Shown: one piece after another, positions 19,689 to 29,501 of the stretch
How the letters are laid out: the number at the start of each line of letters is the position of its first letter
Numbering within the stretch: the stretch's first letter is position 1
Assembly (NCBI GenBank): GCA_963667015.2
Contig: CAXXJJ010000004.1
Location: 3,136,001 to 3,200,000 of the forward strand
From: Desulfatiglandales bacterium
GTDB taxonomy: Bacteria; Desulfobacterota; DSM-4660; Desulfatiglandales; HGW-15
Direction: 5' to 3'
DNA length: 64,000 bases
The notes under the pieces: model-generated
Databases searched by the model: none
The model's input: the letters and a program-made list of their open reading frames with translations, nothing else
Told to the model about the DNA's origin: nothing
Program-made: the position numbers and the translations under genes

Positions 19689-20444
19689 TCATTTAGCACC
19701 GTAAAACCGGCAGGTATTATTAAACACCTCTTCCGCCACCCTTGGCACTGCCTCCCCTTTCAATCGGGCAATGGTCTCGATTGCAATCCGGCAATTGGCC
19801 GGTTCGTTCCGCTCTCCGGGCTCAGGTCCCAGCACCGGGCTGTCGGATTCAACCATCAGGCAGGAGAGAGGCAGGTTTTTTACAAGTTTCTGTTTCTGGA
19901 GTGAACGAACGACAGAAGGAGGTATGGAGAATATGAACCCGGCTTCTAATGCCTTAAGCGCCGTCCCGAACTTTCCGTCAAAGGCATGAAGCTGAACCCT
20001 TTTTGCGCCCTTTGAAATCAGGATTTCTATCGCATGGCGTCCTGCGGATCGGGAATGTACATTCAGGGGCAGATCCAGCTCAATAGAAAGATCAATAAAC
20101 ATGGAAAATATATTTGCCTGCAGCTCACGGTCGCTGGACTCCTTTACAACCCAGAAATCAAGACCGACCTCGCCTATGGCCCAAAGCCGGGCCCGGTTCG
20201 CCCGAATCCAGGTCGCCATCGCTTCTGCCCGGTTCTGATCAAGATTGTCAGGATAAAGGCCTGCTGCCGGCCAAATCATGGAATATTTTTCAGAGAGCTG
20301 CAGATTTTTCTTTGCATCGGAAAGGTCTTCGCCTACCGCCACTACTCCGCACACCCCTGATCCGGCCGCATGGTCCAGTACCTCCTTCAGATCCCCGTCA
20401 AAGGAGCTGTCGCAAAGATGAGCATGTGTGTCGATTATCTTCAT
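19689..20444 (-). CDS. tatD: TatD family hydrolase
   Basis: IDTHAHL, AIGEVGLD, LPLNVHSR, LHAF, ESDSP. Confidence 0.93.
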   Translation of the reverse strand: MKIIDTHAHLCDSSFDGDLKEVLDHAAGSGVCGVVAVGEDLSDAKKNLQLSEKYSMIWPAAGLYPDNLDQNRAEAMATWIRANRARLWAIGEVGLDFWVVKESSDRELQANIFSMFIDLSIELDLPLNVHSRSAGRHAIEILISKGAKRVQLHAFDGKFGTALKALEAGFIFSIPPSVVRSLQKQKLVKNLPLSCLMVESDSPVLGPEPGERNEPANCRIAIETIARLKGEAVPRVAEEVFNNTCRFYGAK

Positions 20445-20659
20445 CGGTTTAAAACGGTTCCTTGTTTATGGTTTATGGTTATAAAAAAAGGTTTTAAGGT
20501 TTTCAAGTAAAGACTATTCACCCTCTTCCGCACACTGCGAACCCCGTTTTTATTCATATTGCATCATCAACCCTTTTCTGGTAGAAAATCCACTTGCCCG
20601 GGGCGGAAGCCCTTTGCCGGTATAACCACTATAATTTTCTCATTGTCAGGGACTTCGCG

Positions 20660-20959
20660 ATGCCAGGCTTTACAGAAACTCTAATTATTGTTGCGATTAT
20701 TTTAGCTATTATTGTACTGCCCAAAAGGTTCGGCCGAAAACCCGAGCCTGTAATAAAACGTATAAAAAAGAGCATTATACTTACCGGGTGGACGCGTATA
20801 GCTATTATTGTCTCAATTCTCTGGCTGGCCTTCTCTACTCTCTACTTGACGCCTTGGAATAATGGATGGACATTTTATATTTACACAGGACCCGGGCCTG
20901 TCGCCCTGTTCTGGGGTATATTCTGGATCGTCCTCGGATTTAAGAAGATGGGAAAATAA
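20660..20959 (+). CDS. Small three-helix membrane protein
   Basis: Start MPGFTETLIIVAIILAII (TatA-like first helix) plus two further TM helices; start moved from 20594. Confidence 0.65.
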   Translation: MPGFTETLIIVAIILAIIVLPKRFGRKPEPVIKRIKKSIILTGWTRIAIIVSILWLAFSTLYLTPWNNGWTFYIYTGPGPVALFWGIFWIVLGFKKMGK

Positions 20960-21209
20960 AAATCTGCTTTGGCATGGAGAAGATCTGGTCGAGAATGTAG
21001 AAAATATCGTTATAAAAATAATCGGTGTAGGGATTGTTGCCTTGCTGGTCTATGTATATGTATGGATTTAACAATAATGCCTCCGGGTCATGATTGCTGA
21101 GAAAAAAAATATTTTTTTAAAAAAAAGATTCCAGGGATTTAATCCGGCTGAATATTGTAAAAGAGCCCGTAACAGATCAATCAACAGTAGAGTAGACCTC
21201 ACCTCTGTA

Positions 21210-21746
21210 TCAGTTTATCTCCCGTGAAAAGTAATAGTTAGTTGAATCACAATACTCCCTAAACCCCATTTTCATGTAAATAGAGTTAGATACAGGGTTC
21301 GAAAGATCTGCAAAAAGCAGGCAATAATCATATTCTGTTAAAAGCTCCCTGCACAGGGCTGCAACGCAGGATGTGGCATACCCGTTATTCCGTTTAAAAT
21401 GCGACGTAAATACTCCTCCGATTGACACTCCTTTTTTTAAAGGACGTGTCCTGACTGCCATTGAAACAGGACCTTTATCATCCCAGAGATAAATTTCTCC
21501 GGTACGGATACGGTCACAATACAGCTGACGCTGATGCGATGTCAGTGTATCGCCAAGGGCTTCCCTGTAAAAATCAACTGCCCAACTGACAACAATATCT
21601 TCATCCTCAGGGCGAGCCTTTCGAAGAAAACCGTCAGCATATTCCGGCTCAATCAGATCTGTATGGCGGTACAGCCGATGGGCGATAGACCTTGCAACCT
21701 TTACTTTGTACCTGCTGCCCTTCCTGCTAAACGCTACAGCTGGTTT
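21210..21746 (-). pseudogene. GNAT (FR47-like) acetyltransferase lacking its N-terminus and start codon
   Basis: Open frame from 21746: ..GFLRKARPEDE..W..F..E..IYLWDDKGPVSMA..SIGGVFT..RNNGYATSCV..LFADLSNPVSNSIYMKMGF; first ATG is at 21461. Confidence 0.75.
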
Positions 21747-22121
21747 CTAATCCAGCTCTAAATAAAAGGGAATGGTATGATTCGATTTACTGATCTCCTC
21801 GGTTGTACCCAGATGCCATCTTTTAACGCTAAACCCTTTTTCTTCAATCTTTTCCACAATATTTTTTAAATTGATCAGCGGATGGCGGGAAAACACGCTG
21901 GGCAGACCATATGTCAAACTGCATACCAGGCATTTCCCCGGCCTTTCAATCAAATCAAATGCCAGCACGATCTGCTTTTCATCGGCATTTATTAATTTAA
22001 GCCGAATATCATAGGCTCCCTCGGATGCATCGCCGTATAATGCCTCAAAAAACCGGTCACTTATTTCCGCGGGTACGAGAGTATCAAGAAAATCCTGTGT
22101 CAATATCTGTTCCATTACCAT
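21747..22121 (-). CDS. Conserved deltaproteobacterial hypothetical protein (often mislabelled 'pancreas/duodenum homeobox protein 1')
   Basis: FFEALYGDASEGAYDI..RPGKCLVCSLTYGLP.VFSRHP motif recalled from sulfate reducers. Confidence 0.75.
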   Translation of the reverse strand: MVMEQILTQDFLDTLVPAEISDRFFEALYGDASEGAYDIRLKLINADEKQIVLAFDLIERPGKCLVCSLTYGLPSVFSRHPLINLKNIVEKIEEKGFSVKRWHLGTTEEISKSNHTIPFYLELD

Positions 22122-22156
22122 ATGACCCCGTAAATGAGTTGTCTTTTGGGAAAGGA

Positions 22157-22185
22157 AGTATATTGAGTAACCGGCTTCATGTCAA
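22157..22185 (-). promoter_or_regulatory. Sigma70-type promoter
   Basis: TTGACA-N17-TATACT. Confidence 0.75.
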
Positions 22186-22205
22186 TATGGGGAAAAGAGT
22201 TATTA

Positions 22206-22295
22206 ACAACAGGCTGAAGCGGTTTAGACTGAAGGCTGTTAGCTTGATAAATGCAGTTGCTTCAGTCTTCAGCCTAAGTCCCTTCCGCCTGTTGT
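22206..22295. repeat. Long imperfect inverted repeat (about 37-nt arms)
   Basis: ACAACAGGCTGAAGCGGTTTAGACTGAAGGCTGTTAGC versus the reverse complement of 22259-22295, ACAACAGGCGGAAGGGACTTAGGCTGAAGACTGAAGC. Confidence 0.8.
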
Positions 22296-22302
22296 CCTGA
22301 AT

Positions 22303-22599
22303 CTAAATCTGTCCTATCTCACCTGTATCCTTATTCTTCCAGTAGGGCCTTGACTGAAGCGGCCAGTTGAATTTTATGGCGCCTTCAGTAGGGCAGTCGT
22401 TTACACAGCATCCGCAGTACCAGCATTCATCAGGATGAAGAATAATGGGCGGCATACCCTTTTTCGGGTGAGGAATATACACGTCGACCTGGCATGTCTC
22501 AACGCAGTTATTACACCCTATGCAATATTCCGGGTCAAAGATGACCGGCTGGTTTGGCGTTACAACATTGGTCATTGCCATCACTTTATTTTCAGACAT
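22303..22599 (-). CDS. 2x[4Fe-4S] ferredoxin, AprB-like
   Basis: CIGCNNCVETC and ECWYCGCCVNDCP; GGAGGT RBS before ATG 22599. Confidence 0.9.
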   Translation of the reverse strand: MSENKVMAMTNVVTPNQPVIFDPEYCIGCNNCVETCQVDVYIPHPKKGMPPIILHPDECWYCGCCVNDCPTEGAIKFNWPLQSRPYWKNKDTGEIGQI

Positions 22600-22618
22600 T
22601 TTTACCTCCGATATTTTT

Positions 22619-24550
22619 TTAACCTTTATACACCCCATCATAATCCGTATTATGTTTCTCATATTCATCTTTCATATTCCCCCAGAATCTCTGATCCTGA
22701 AGCCTGGTGGTAAAACTGTCATTTTCAAGCCTTGCGACCAGGAACTTGTTCCATTCCGGCGGATCCATCTCGGGATAGTCAATACGGTTAAATCCCATGC
22801 TGCTTGCCTTTCTGACCAGGGATGCCTGAAGTATCATCTTCGAGTGTTCAAGCATGGTGAGGTCCTCAATGGTCCGCAACAGTTTATGGGGATCAAGGGC
22901 GTAGAGTTGCGGTGCGAATTCCTTTTCCATTCTTTCCAGGGCGCCAAGCCCTATTTTAAAGAGGTTTTCGGTCTTGAATTCGCTGTTGTAGTACTGGTTG
23001 ATCCTGGCCAGGCCGGCATGGAATTCCTTCCACTCGATACCGCTGTTCCGCCGTGTCGGGGCGTAGATCCTGTCCTTTTCCTTTTGTATCTGGTCACGGG
23101 ATATTTTTCCCTGCGTGACCTCTTTCACATAGGCTGCCGCCTTTCTTCCGGCATATCTCCCGGTCGCGGCGCAGTAGCTGTGATCCTGTGCGCCCAGGAG
23201 CTGCGTTCCTGCCGCGTATAATCCATCAAGGCTGGCCTTCAGGTTCCAGTCCATCATAAAATTTCCGCCGCCGTTTCGCCACTGGGGCATTCCGGCTCCC
23301 TCTATAAACTTGTAGCTCTGCTGAAGGTCTCTGCTTCCGTCAAAACCCGCCTGGTTAAATGTATCTATAATTATCTTTGTCGTGGACTCTTCTCCCAGCA
23401 TCAGGTCCCATGTAGCCCTTCTCTCAACGTCAGACATTGACGGCCAGTCGCCGTAAAAGGGCAGCTCATAGATGCCTTTTTTTATATCCGCCTCCACCTT
23501 TTTCTGGACACCGGGTGGAGCTATCATGGCCCCTGCATCCTCCCAGCCCTGGATGGGTATGGGGATCCTTTTTCCGTTGGCGTCAACAATAGGTACATTT
23601 TCATAGCTGGCATCACCTGCGCCCGTATACCACTTGTGTTTAAGGCCCGTTGCAATACCGATCGGCCGACTCATTTCCAGGTTTGCAATTTCCGCACCCG
23701 CCTTAAAGGCCATTACCAGACCTTCGCCGGTCCATGTCCTTGGATGCATGCTGGACATTCCGCACAGTTCCGAGTTCATCAGCCACAGGTCGCCGGCTCC
23801 GCCCGTAGCAATTACAGTCGCCTTTGCCTTGACGATTACGAACTCACCTGTACGGCTGTTGAGTCCTGTTGCCCCTACCACGCGTTCGCCCTGGACACCA
23901 TTTTCCGTCAGCAGACTCGTACCTGCGACCCTGTCCATGACCTTAACTCCCAGTCTTTTACATTCTTTTTTTAAAATAGGTTTAAAGGTAGATCCCCAGA
24001 TCCGGATTACAACATTTGATCTTTCTTCCGGAGGGTTGAAGCCCGGCTCTCCCGCACCGGGTTCGGGAAAGAGGTTATGTTTAACTCCATACCTGGGAGA
24101 AAACATGAGCTTTGTATCATCATACCGCCCTTCAGCCCCGACATACTCATCGTCGGTATCCCTGATCTTTCCGCCCATCTGCTCCATTTCAAGCAATGTA
24201 TCCCAGTCTTCCCGGCATTGAATCTGAAGGCCTATTCCGCAACTGTACGGGGCATCCGCCATATGCTCTGCCCACTCGTCCGGGTCGACCCTGGAATGGG
24301 GATTTGCCGGAACATTGCACCAGTGGTCACAGCCCGGCCCGCCGGCGCCGCTTCTGACGGTGTTTCCCTTTTCAAGCAGCACAACATTAACCCCTTCTCT
24401 GGCCGCACTGATTGCTGCCCAGCAGCCGGCTATTCCGCCACCAATTACAAGTACGTCCGCCTCAATCTCCTGCTCTTCCTCAAAGCGAATGGGATAGGGC
24501 CAGCTCGGTGGCTGACCTTCCTCTTTCAAGTAATCATGCCAAGTTGTCAT
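22619..24550 (-). CDS. FAD-dependent oxidoreductase, AprA/SdhA superfamily
   Basis: VIGGGIAG, LEK..RSGAG, AKATVIATGG, GLYAAG, C-terminal R.DYPE. Confidence 0.88.
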   Translation of the reverse strand: MTTWHDYLKEEGQPPSWPYPIRFEEEQEIEADVLVIGGGIAGCWAAISAAREGVNVVLLEKGNTVRSGAGGPGCDHWCNVPANPHSRVDPDEWAEHMADAPYSCGIGLQIQCREDWDTLLEMEQMGGKIRDTDDEYVGAEGRYDDTKLMFSPRYGVKHNLFPEPGAGEPGFNPPEERSNVVIRIWGSTFKPILKKECKRLGVKVMDRVAGTSLLTENGVQGERVVGATGLNSRTGEFVIVKAKATVIATGGAGDLWLMNSELCGMSSMHPRTWTGEGLVMAFKAGAEIANLEMSRPIGIATGLKHKWYTGAGDASYENVPIVDANGKRIPIPIQGWEDAGAMIAPPGVQKKVEADIKKGIYELPFYGDWPSMSDVERRATWDLMLGEESTTKIIIDTFNQAGFDGSRDLQQSYKFIEGAGMPQWRNGGGNFMMDWNLKASLDGLYAAGTQLLGAQDHSYCAATGRYAGRKAAAYVKEVTQGKISRDQIQKEKDRIYAPTRRNSGIEWKEFHAGLARINQYYNSEFKTENLFKIGLGALERMEKEFAPQLYALDPHKLLRTIEDLTMLEHSKMILQASLVRKASSMGFNRIDYPEMDPPEWNKFLVARLENDSFTTRLQDQRFWGNMKDEYEKHNTDYDGVYKG

Positions 24551-24768
24551 TTTTACCCTCCAATAGTTCGTGGTTTAGTGTTAAACGAATAATTCAAGAT
24601 TCAATATTATGTTTTGCTGAGAGCCTGCAAACTTAACTCTGTTCAGGATGACGGCATTAAATCTACAATTAAATATAATATAGGACAATGAAAATCTTAA
24701 TTTTTATATCTGTTTCCTGACCGGATATCAGATGCAGGAGACCTGGAGTCCTTACCAGGGCTTTTCTA

Positions 24769-24797
24769 TTGACATAAAATATCGGGCTCCATATACT
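24769..24797 (+). promoter_or_regulatory. Sigma70-type promoter of the OPT operon
   Basis: TTGACA-N17-TATACT; supports a start at TTG 24891 rather than 24732. Confidence 0.75.
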
Positions 24798-24890
24798 TCA
24801 TTTCTCAAAAGGGAAATTCTCACCAAATCAAAAATACTGCTGAATGGGCAGGTCTGGAATCTTATCGGAAATCGACAAGGAGGAAGGCTC

Positions 24891-26639
24891 TTGGCAGGAA
24901 CACAAAAGAATGTTGAGCGGGTAATTCGACGCGGACCTTATCCGGAATTGACATGGTCTGCACTTCTTGTCGGCTACGGCATAGGCGCATTATTATCTCT
25001 ATCATTCGGTTACGCCTGCCTGATCCTGGGCTTTTCCCTTGAAGGATCCGAACTGGCAGCAATGCTGGGCTTCGTAATACTGCGCGGTGTCATGCGCCGT
25101 AACAGCATCATAGAAAACAACATCAATCAAACCATAGCAAGCGGTGTAAACGGGGCAACCGCAGGGATGATGTTTTCTGTTCCCGCTATATTTATCCTCG
25201 GACATCATGAGATGTTCAATCCCGTTGTGATGGTCTTTTCCTGCATTGCAGGCGGGGTCCTCGGCATCGCCTTTATTATTCCCCTTCGTAAACAGATGAT
25301 AGACTATGAACGTCTTGCCTTCCCCGGGGGTATTGCGGTTGCATCCATTTTAAAATCTCCCGGGGCTGGAGTTATCAAGGCAAAACTGCTTGTCAGCGGT
25401 GCGATTCTATCCGGCCTGATACATTTAATTACCGGTGTCTTTGGTTTTGAGGATTGGCACATGGGGACATGGCTGAGCCTGCCGGGATATCTGAATATTG
25501 TTATTTATATCTCACTCATGACCGTGGGCGCAGGCTTTATAGCCGGTAAAGGAGGTATCTTTTTTGTTGTTGGAGGTTTTGCCTGTTACTGGATTCTTGC
25601 ACCGATTCTTTCTCTTATGGGGTTACTGCCCTCTGCAGAAGCAATCAAAGAAATGGGTACAACCATGCCGGGGTACCTGCGTGTAAACCAGTTCAGGCCG
25701 GCAGGCATAGGCATGCTCATCGGGGGTGCCCTTACAGGGATAGCCCTAGCGCTTCCTTTGATTACCGGTGCAGTTAAAAGCATGCAGACTGCATCAAAGA
25801 TGAAGATATCCATTTCAAAGGATGAAATGCCCATCAAAATGCTCTATATTGCCATAGGCCTGGCCTTTATACTGCTCCTGATTCTCGCTGTCACTACCTC
25901 AAAGCAGGTGGGTATCATCAGGGGCGGGCTTATTGCGATCCTTGGAACACTCTGGATCTGGATTGCGGGCGTTATTCTCTCGGAATGCATCGGCCGCACA
26001 AACTGGTCCCCACTGAGCGGCATGACCCTTATTGCCGTAACCATTTTCATTGTTCTTGCAAGGGGAATAGGAGACAACAGCCAGACCATCGTTGTTTCCA
26101 TACTGGTCGGGGCCGCGGTATGCGTTGCCATGGCCCAGGCCTGCGACCTTATGCTTGACCTGAAGACAGGATATCTTGTCGGAGCATCTCCCAAAAAACA
26201 GCAGATCGGGCAGTTTCTTGGGACATGGCTCGGGCCGATTATTGTTATGTTTTTAATCTTCATCCTCCACAAGGCATACGGCCTTGGCAGTGAAAAACTC
26301 CCTGCACCCCAGGGGCAGGCCCTGGCAAGCATGATTAACGGCATCCTGGGAGGTGACGTGCCCATACAGAAATATATAGCCGGTGCGGGGCTCGGGGCAC
26401 TCCTGAGTGCATCAGGGATAGGAGGTTTGGGCATACTGGTGGGACTTGGTTTTTACATGCCTTTTAATATTGTTATCACCTATGCATTTGGAACAGCATC
26501 AAGGCTTTTTACAGATAAAAAATATGGTGTCCGGTTCAGTGAGGAAAGGGGAATACCTTTTGCCGCGGGATTGATTGTTGGAGAGGCATTGATCGGTGTT
26601 GCCCTTGCACTGGTTCAGGTAATATCAGCCGCCAAATAA
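24891..26639 (+). CDS. OPT/YSL family oligopeptide transporter
   Basis: PELT, SIIENNINQTIAS, IPLRKQMI..L.FP.G.A, SPLSGMTL, DLKTGYLVGA.P..QQ, LPAPQ, AAGLIVGEAL; AGGAGG RBS. Confidence 0.92.
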   Translation: MAGTQKNVERVIRRGPYPELTWSALLVGYGIGALLSLSFGYACLILGFSLEGSELAAMLGFVILRGVMRRNSIIENNINQTIASGVNGATAGMMFSVPAIFILGHHEMFNPVVMVFSCIAGGVLGIAFIIPLRKQMIDYERLAFPGGIAVASILKSPGAGVIKAKLLVSGAILSGLIHLITGVFGFEDWHMGTWLSLPGYLNIVIYISLMTVGAGFIAGKGGIFFVVGGFACYWILAPILSLMGLLPSAEAIKEMGTTMPGYLRVNQFRPAGIGMLIGGALTGIALALPLITGAVKSMQTASKMKISISKDEMPIKMLYIAIGLAFILLLILAVTTSKQVGIIRGGLIAILGTLWIWIAGVILSECIGRTNWSPLSGMTLIAVTIFIVLARGIGDNSQTIVVSILVGAAVCVAMAQACDLMLDLKTGYLVGASPKKQQIGQFLGTWLGPIIVMFLIFILHKAYGLGSEKLPAPQGQALASMINGILGGDVPIQKYIAGAGLGALLSASGIGGLGILVGLGFYMPFNIVITYAFGTASRLFTDKKYGVRFSEERGIPFAAGLIVGEALIGVALALVQVISAAK

Positions 26640-26653
26640 TACGGAGAAAAGAA

Positions 26654-27199
26654 ATGACAAAACTCGGGATAATTTTAATCGGTATTGGGTTTCTTGCAGG
26701 AACACTGGCAACAGTGATTGATGTGGAAACCGTTCGATGGGTTCCCTATATATTATCACTTGCTGCATGCATTATCGGTATTGCAATGGTAAAATTCTCC
26801 ATAAAAAAGGAGGCCCGGTCAACGTCGGTCCTAACAAAAAATATGGAGCAGATTGAGACGAGTATCTCAAGTATTATAAAAAATCTCAAAGAGCTGAATG
26901 ACCGCAAGGAAAACATAAATACCTATGATGTACGACTCAGGGTGGATGAACTCTTTCTTGAAGACCTGAACACCTTTGTTGAGGCCAGGGAAAGCATTTC
27001 CCATACCTACGGGGTTCAGGCCTATGCGGATGTTATGAGTCACTTTGCGGCAGGTGACCGGTACCTTAACCGTGTGTGGTGCGCCTCGTCCGACGGGTAT
27101 ATCGATGAGGTAAATGAATACCTGACAAAATCCCTTGAGCAGTTTGAGGACAGCCGGAATAAATTAATTGAATGTAAAAAACCAATTCATGGTTTTTAG
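26654..27199 (+). CDS. Hypothetical protein with two N-terminal TM helices and a helical soluble domain
   Basis: 14 nt downstream of the OPT gene, GGAG RBS; FAAGDRYLNRVWCASSDGY.DE motif. Confidence 0.8.
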   Translation: MTKLGIILIGIGFLAGTLATVIDVETVRWVPYILSLAACIIGIAMVKFSIKKEARSTSVLTKNMEQIETSISSIIKNLKELNDRKENINTYDVRLRVDELFLEDLNTFVEARESISHTYGVQAYADVMSHFAAGDRYLNRVWCASSDGYIDEVNEYLTKSLEQFEDSRNKLIECKKPIHGF

Positions 27200-27263
27200 A
27201 TCCAGGTTACAGTTTATTTATTCTTATTCAGCCTGTTTAATAATTGTGTGCTGATTGCACCTG

Positions 27264-27875
27264 TTAATCCGCTACCATATTGCAGACCAGGTCCACGGCA
27301 CGGTCCATGGAAATCCGGCTCATATTCAGGCACATATGATAGAGTGTGGGATTATCATAGCCGGTCCTGGCAAATTTTGAATAAAGGTTGCGTCTTCGCC
27401 TGTCGCCCTGTTCAACCGCCTGACAGGCTTTTGCATGAGAAAGGTTATAGGTTTTCTCTATAAAATCGATCCGGTCACTCTCTTCTGCAACCATCAGTAT
27501 GTGAAAAACATTCCCGGTGTTCTGCAGGATATACTGACTTGCCCTGCCCAGCAGGACCACGTTGTCCCTTTTTGCAAATTCAGTAATAACATATGCCAGA
27601 GTCTCCACATAGACCTCTTCATCAAGATATCCTACTTTTTCCCCCGTAAGCCTCTCCATGTAGCCTCTGTCGACCACGGTTGAAAGAATCCTTGAAATCA
27701 GGCTGCCGGCCGATTTCTCATGCCCAACTACAGAACTTTTTGAAACCTTTGCCTTTTTGGCAATTTCCTGGATAACCGCATCATCTTCGAATAAAAAGTT
27801 CATTCTCTGGGCGACATTTTTACCAAGGGTCCGGCCTCCGGCTCCAAATTGACGGGAAACTGTTATAACTGCCAT
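27264..27875 (-). CDS. Cytidylate kinase-like family protein
   Basis: VITVSRQFGAGG, VVLLGRAS, D..RR..Y, YHMCLN. Confidence 0.88.
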   Translation of the reverse strand: MAVITVSRQFGAGGRTLGKNVAQRMNFLFEDDAVIQEIAKKAKVSKSSVVGHEKSAGSLISRILSTVVDRGYMERLTGEKVGYLDEEVYVETLAYVITEFAKRDNVVLLGRASQYILQNTGNVFHILMVAEESDRIDFIEKTYNLSHAKACQAVEQGDRRRRNLYSKFARTGYDNPTLYHMCLNMSRISMDRAVDLVCNMVAD

Positions 27876-27963
27876 AGATTTATTCCTTTCGTGTCCGGGA
27901 AAAGGTTAGAAGACATTTCAGAGAACCGTTTGAACTGATAAGAAATCGCTGTTCGAGAAATAA

Positions 27964-27992
27964 AATATATTGAGATCGGTGTGTTATGTCAA
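27964..27992 (-). promoter_or_regulatory. Sigma70-type promoter
   Basis: TTGACA-N17-TATATT. Confidence 0.65.
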
Positions 27993-28081
27993 CGGGTAAA
28001 GTCCGGGACATGGGTTACATGGTTCAATAGGATTATTTATTGGTGTTTTCCATTACCAGAGATATTCATTCTGTGCCCGGA

Positions 28082-28708
28082 TTATTTGCTGCTTACAGCA
28101 AGACCAATACCAGCACCAATAAAAGTCCCGCCAATCACCCTGTTGATATATTTTCCAATTGAGGCATTTGAAAATAGAAAAACAATTTTCTGACCGCCTA
28201 TTGCATAAAGCATAAAACAGGTGAATGCTATAACCGACCCCAGGCCTAAAAGAATACATGACTGGGATAAATAGGGTGAAGATGAATCGATAAACTGGGG
28301 AAAGACGGCGGTAAAAAATACTATAGCCTTGGGGTTTCCGGCTGTTACCAGGGCAGCCTGTGAATACATTCTTCTGGAGGAGGTATTGGTCCGGGGATTA
28401 TTGTCATTGGATACAATTGACATTTCGCGGGAAAGAAAAAGACGGCCCCCGATGTAGACCAGGTAAGCCGCGCCCGCATATTTGAAGACCTGGAAAGCCA
28501 TTTCTGATGTAATTAAGATCGTTCCCAGACCGGCTATTGAAATGAGTGCCTGAATAACTGTAACTGTCAAATTACCCATTGCGGATGCAATTGTTCTTCT
28601 GGCGCCGAATTGCATTCCATGGGTCAGGGCAAGCAGCATAGCCGGACCGGGAATAATTGAAGCAATTAATACTGTCGCTGCATATAAGAGAATAAAATTA
28701 ATGGACAT
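28082..28708 (-). CDS. LysE/RhtB family translocator
   Basis: IPGPAM, KYAGAAYLVYIG, NPKAIVFF.AVFPQF. Confidence 0.93.
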   Translation of the reverse strand: MSINFILLYAATVLIASIIPGPAMLLALTHGMQFGARRTIASAMGNLTVTVIQALISIAGLGTILITSEMAFQVFKYAGAAYLVYIGGRLFLSREMSIVSNDNNPRTNTSSRRMYSQAALVTAGNPKAIVFFTAVFPQFIDSSSPYLSQSCILLGLGSVIAFTCFMLYAIGGQKIVFLFSNASIGKYINRVIGGTFIGAGIGLAVSSK

Positions 28709-29013
28709 TTTTTACAACCTCTGAAATTTTCCGATTTAAATTATCTATGGACGTCTTGAATACTGAGAAGGATGTTAAATGTCAAGACGCGACTATCTTA
28801 CTTCCTTCCAGGCAGCCTTTTTATTTTTAATAATCATTGACATGCAATTTGAAAATCAATAATTAGTAATTTTCTGCAGTTCATTTTCACCTGGTATTCA
28901 AATACATTTTAAGAGGGCACGGGCGTGCCGCTTTGTTTGGCAACAAAAAAAACATCCGGATACAATCAGTCTTTTTGAGGAAGAAAGTAACTAATAATCT
29001 AAAAGGAGGATTT

Positions 29014-29466
29014 ATGATGAAGGGAAAAATATTTTCATTTTGTCTAATTGTTCTGCTGGCGCTCATTTCTACAGCATGGGCTGCTGACGTGAATGGTAAA
29101 TGGATTGCTAAAGTTGCCGGCACACAGGGTCAACAGGACTCTGAAATCACTTTAATTTTCAAGGCAGCCGGCGCAACCTTTACCGGAACGCTAAACAACT
29201 CCATGATGCCGGGTGATATAGAAATTAAAGAAGGGAAAATCGAGGGAGATAAAATTTCCTTCTCACTTACCCGCAACTTTGGACAGAGTGATATGAAGGT
29301 AGTCTGGAAAGGCACTGTATCAGGAGATGAGATTAAGTTCACAAGAGGTATTGAAGGCGGTATGGGCGGCCCCGGTGGAGGTATGGGTGGTCCCGGTGGC
29401 GGTACAGGCGGCCCTGGAGGCGGAGCCCCTGCATCACCAGAAATTATTGCCAAAAGGGCAAAGTAA
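29014..29466 (+). CDS. Secreted beta-rich hypothetical protein with Gly-rich tail
   Basis: AGGAGG RBS, signal peptide ending AWA-ADVNGKW; GG(M/T)GGPG x3. Confidence 0.8.
   Translation: MMKGKIFSFCLIVLLALISTAWAADVNGKWIAKVAGTQGQQDSEITLIFKAAGATFTGTLNNSMMPGDIEIKEGKIEGDKISFSLTRNFGQSDMKVVWKGTVSGDEIKFTRGIEGGMGGPGGGMGGPGGGTGGPGGGAPASPEIIAKRAK
29356..29418 (+). repeat. Coding tandem repeat, 21 nt x3
   Basis: Encodes GGMGGPG GGMGGPG GGTGGPG. Confidence 0.9.
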
Positions 29467-29501
29467 GATAACAGATATCTTGAATAACAGCTGATATATA
29501 G

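Noticed and set aside
22619..24550. Calling this gene aprA or sdhA
   Set aside because: Diagnostic motifs and gene context do not match
28752..28789. CGTCTTGA/TCAAGACG inverted repeat upstream of lysE
   Set aside because: Only 8 bp with a long spacer; could be chance or a decayed repeat
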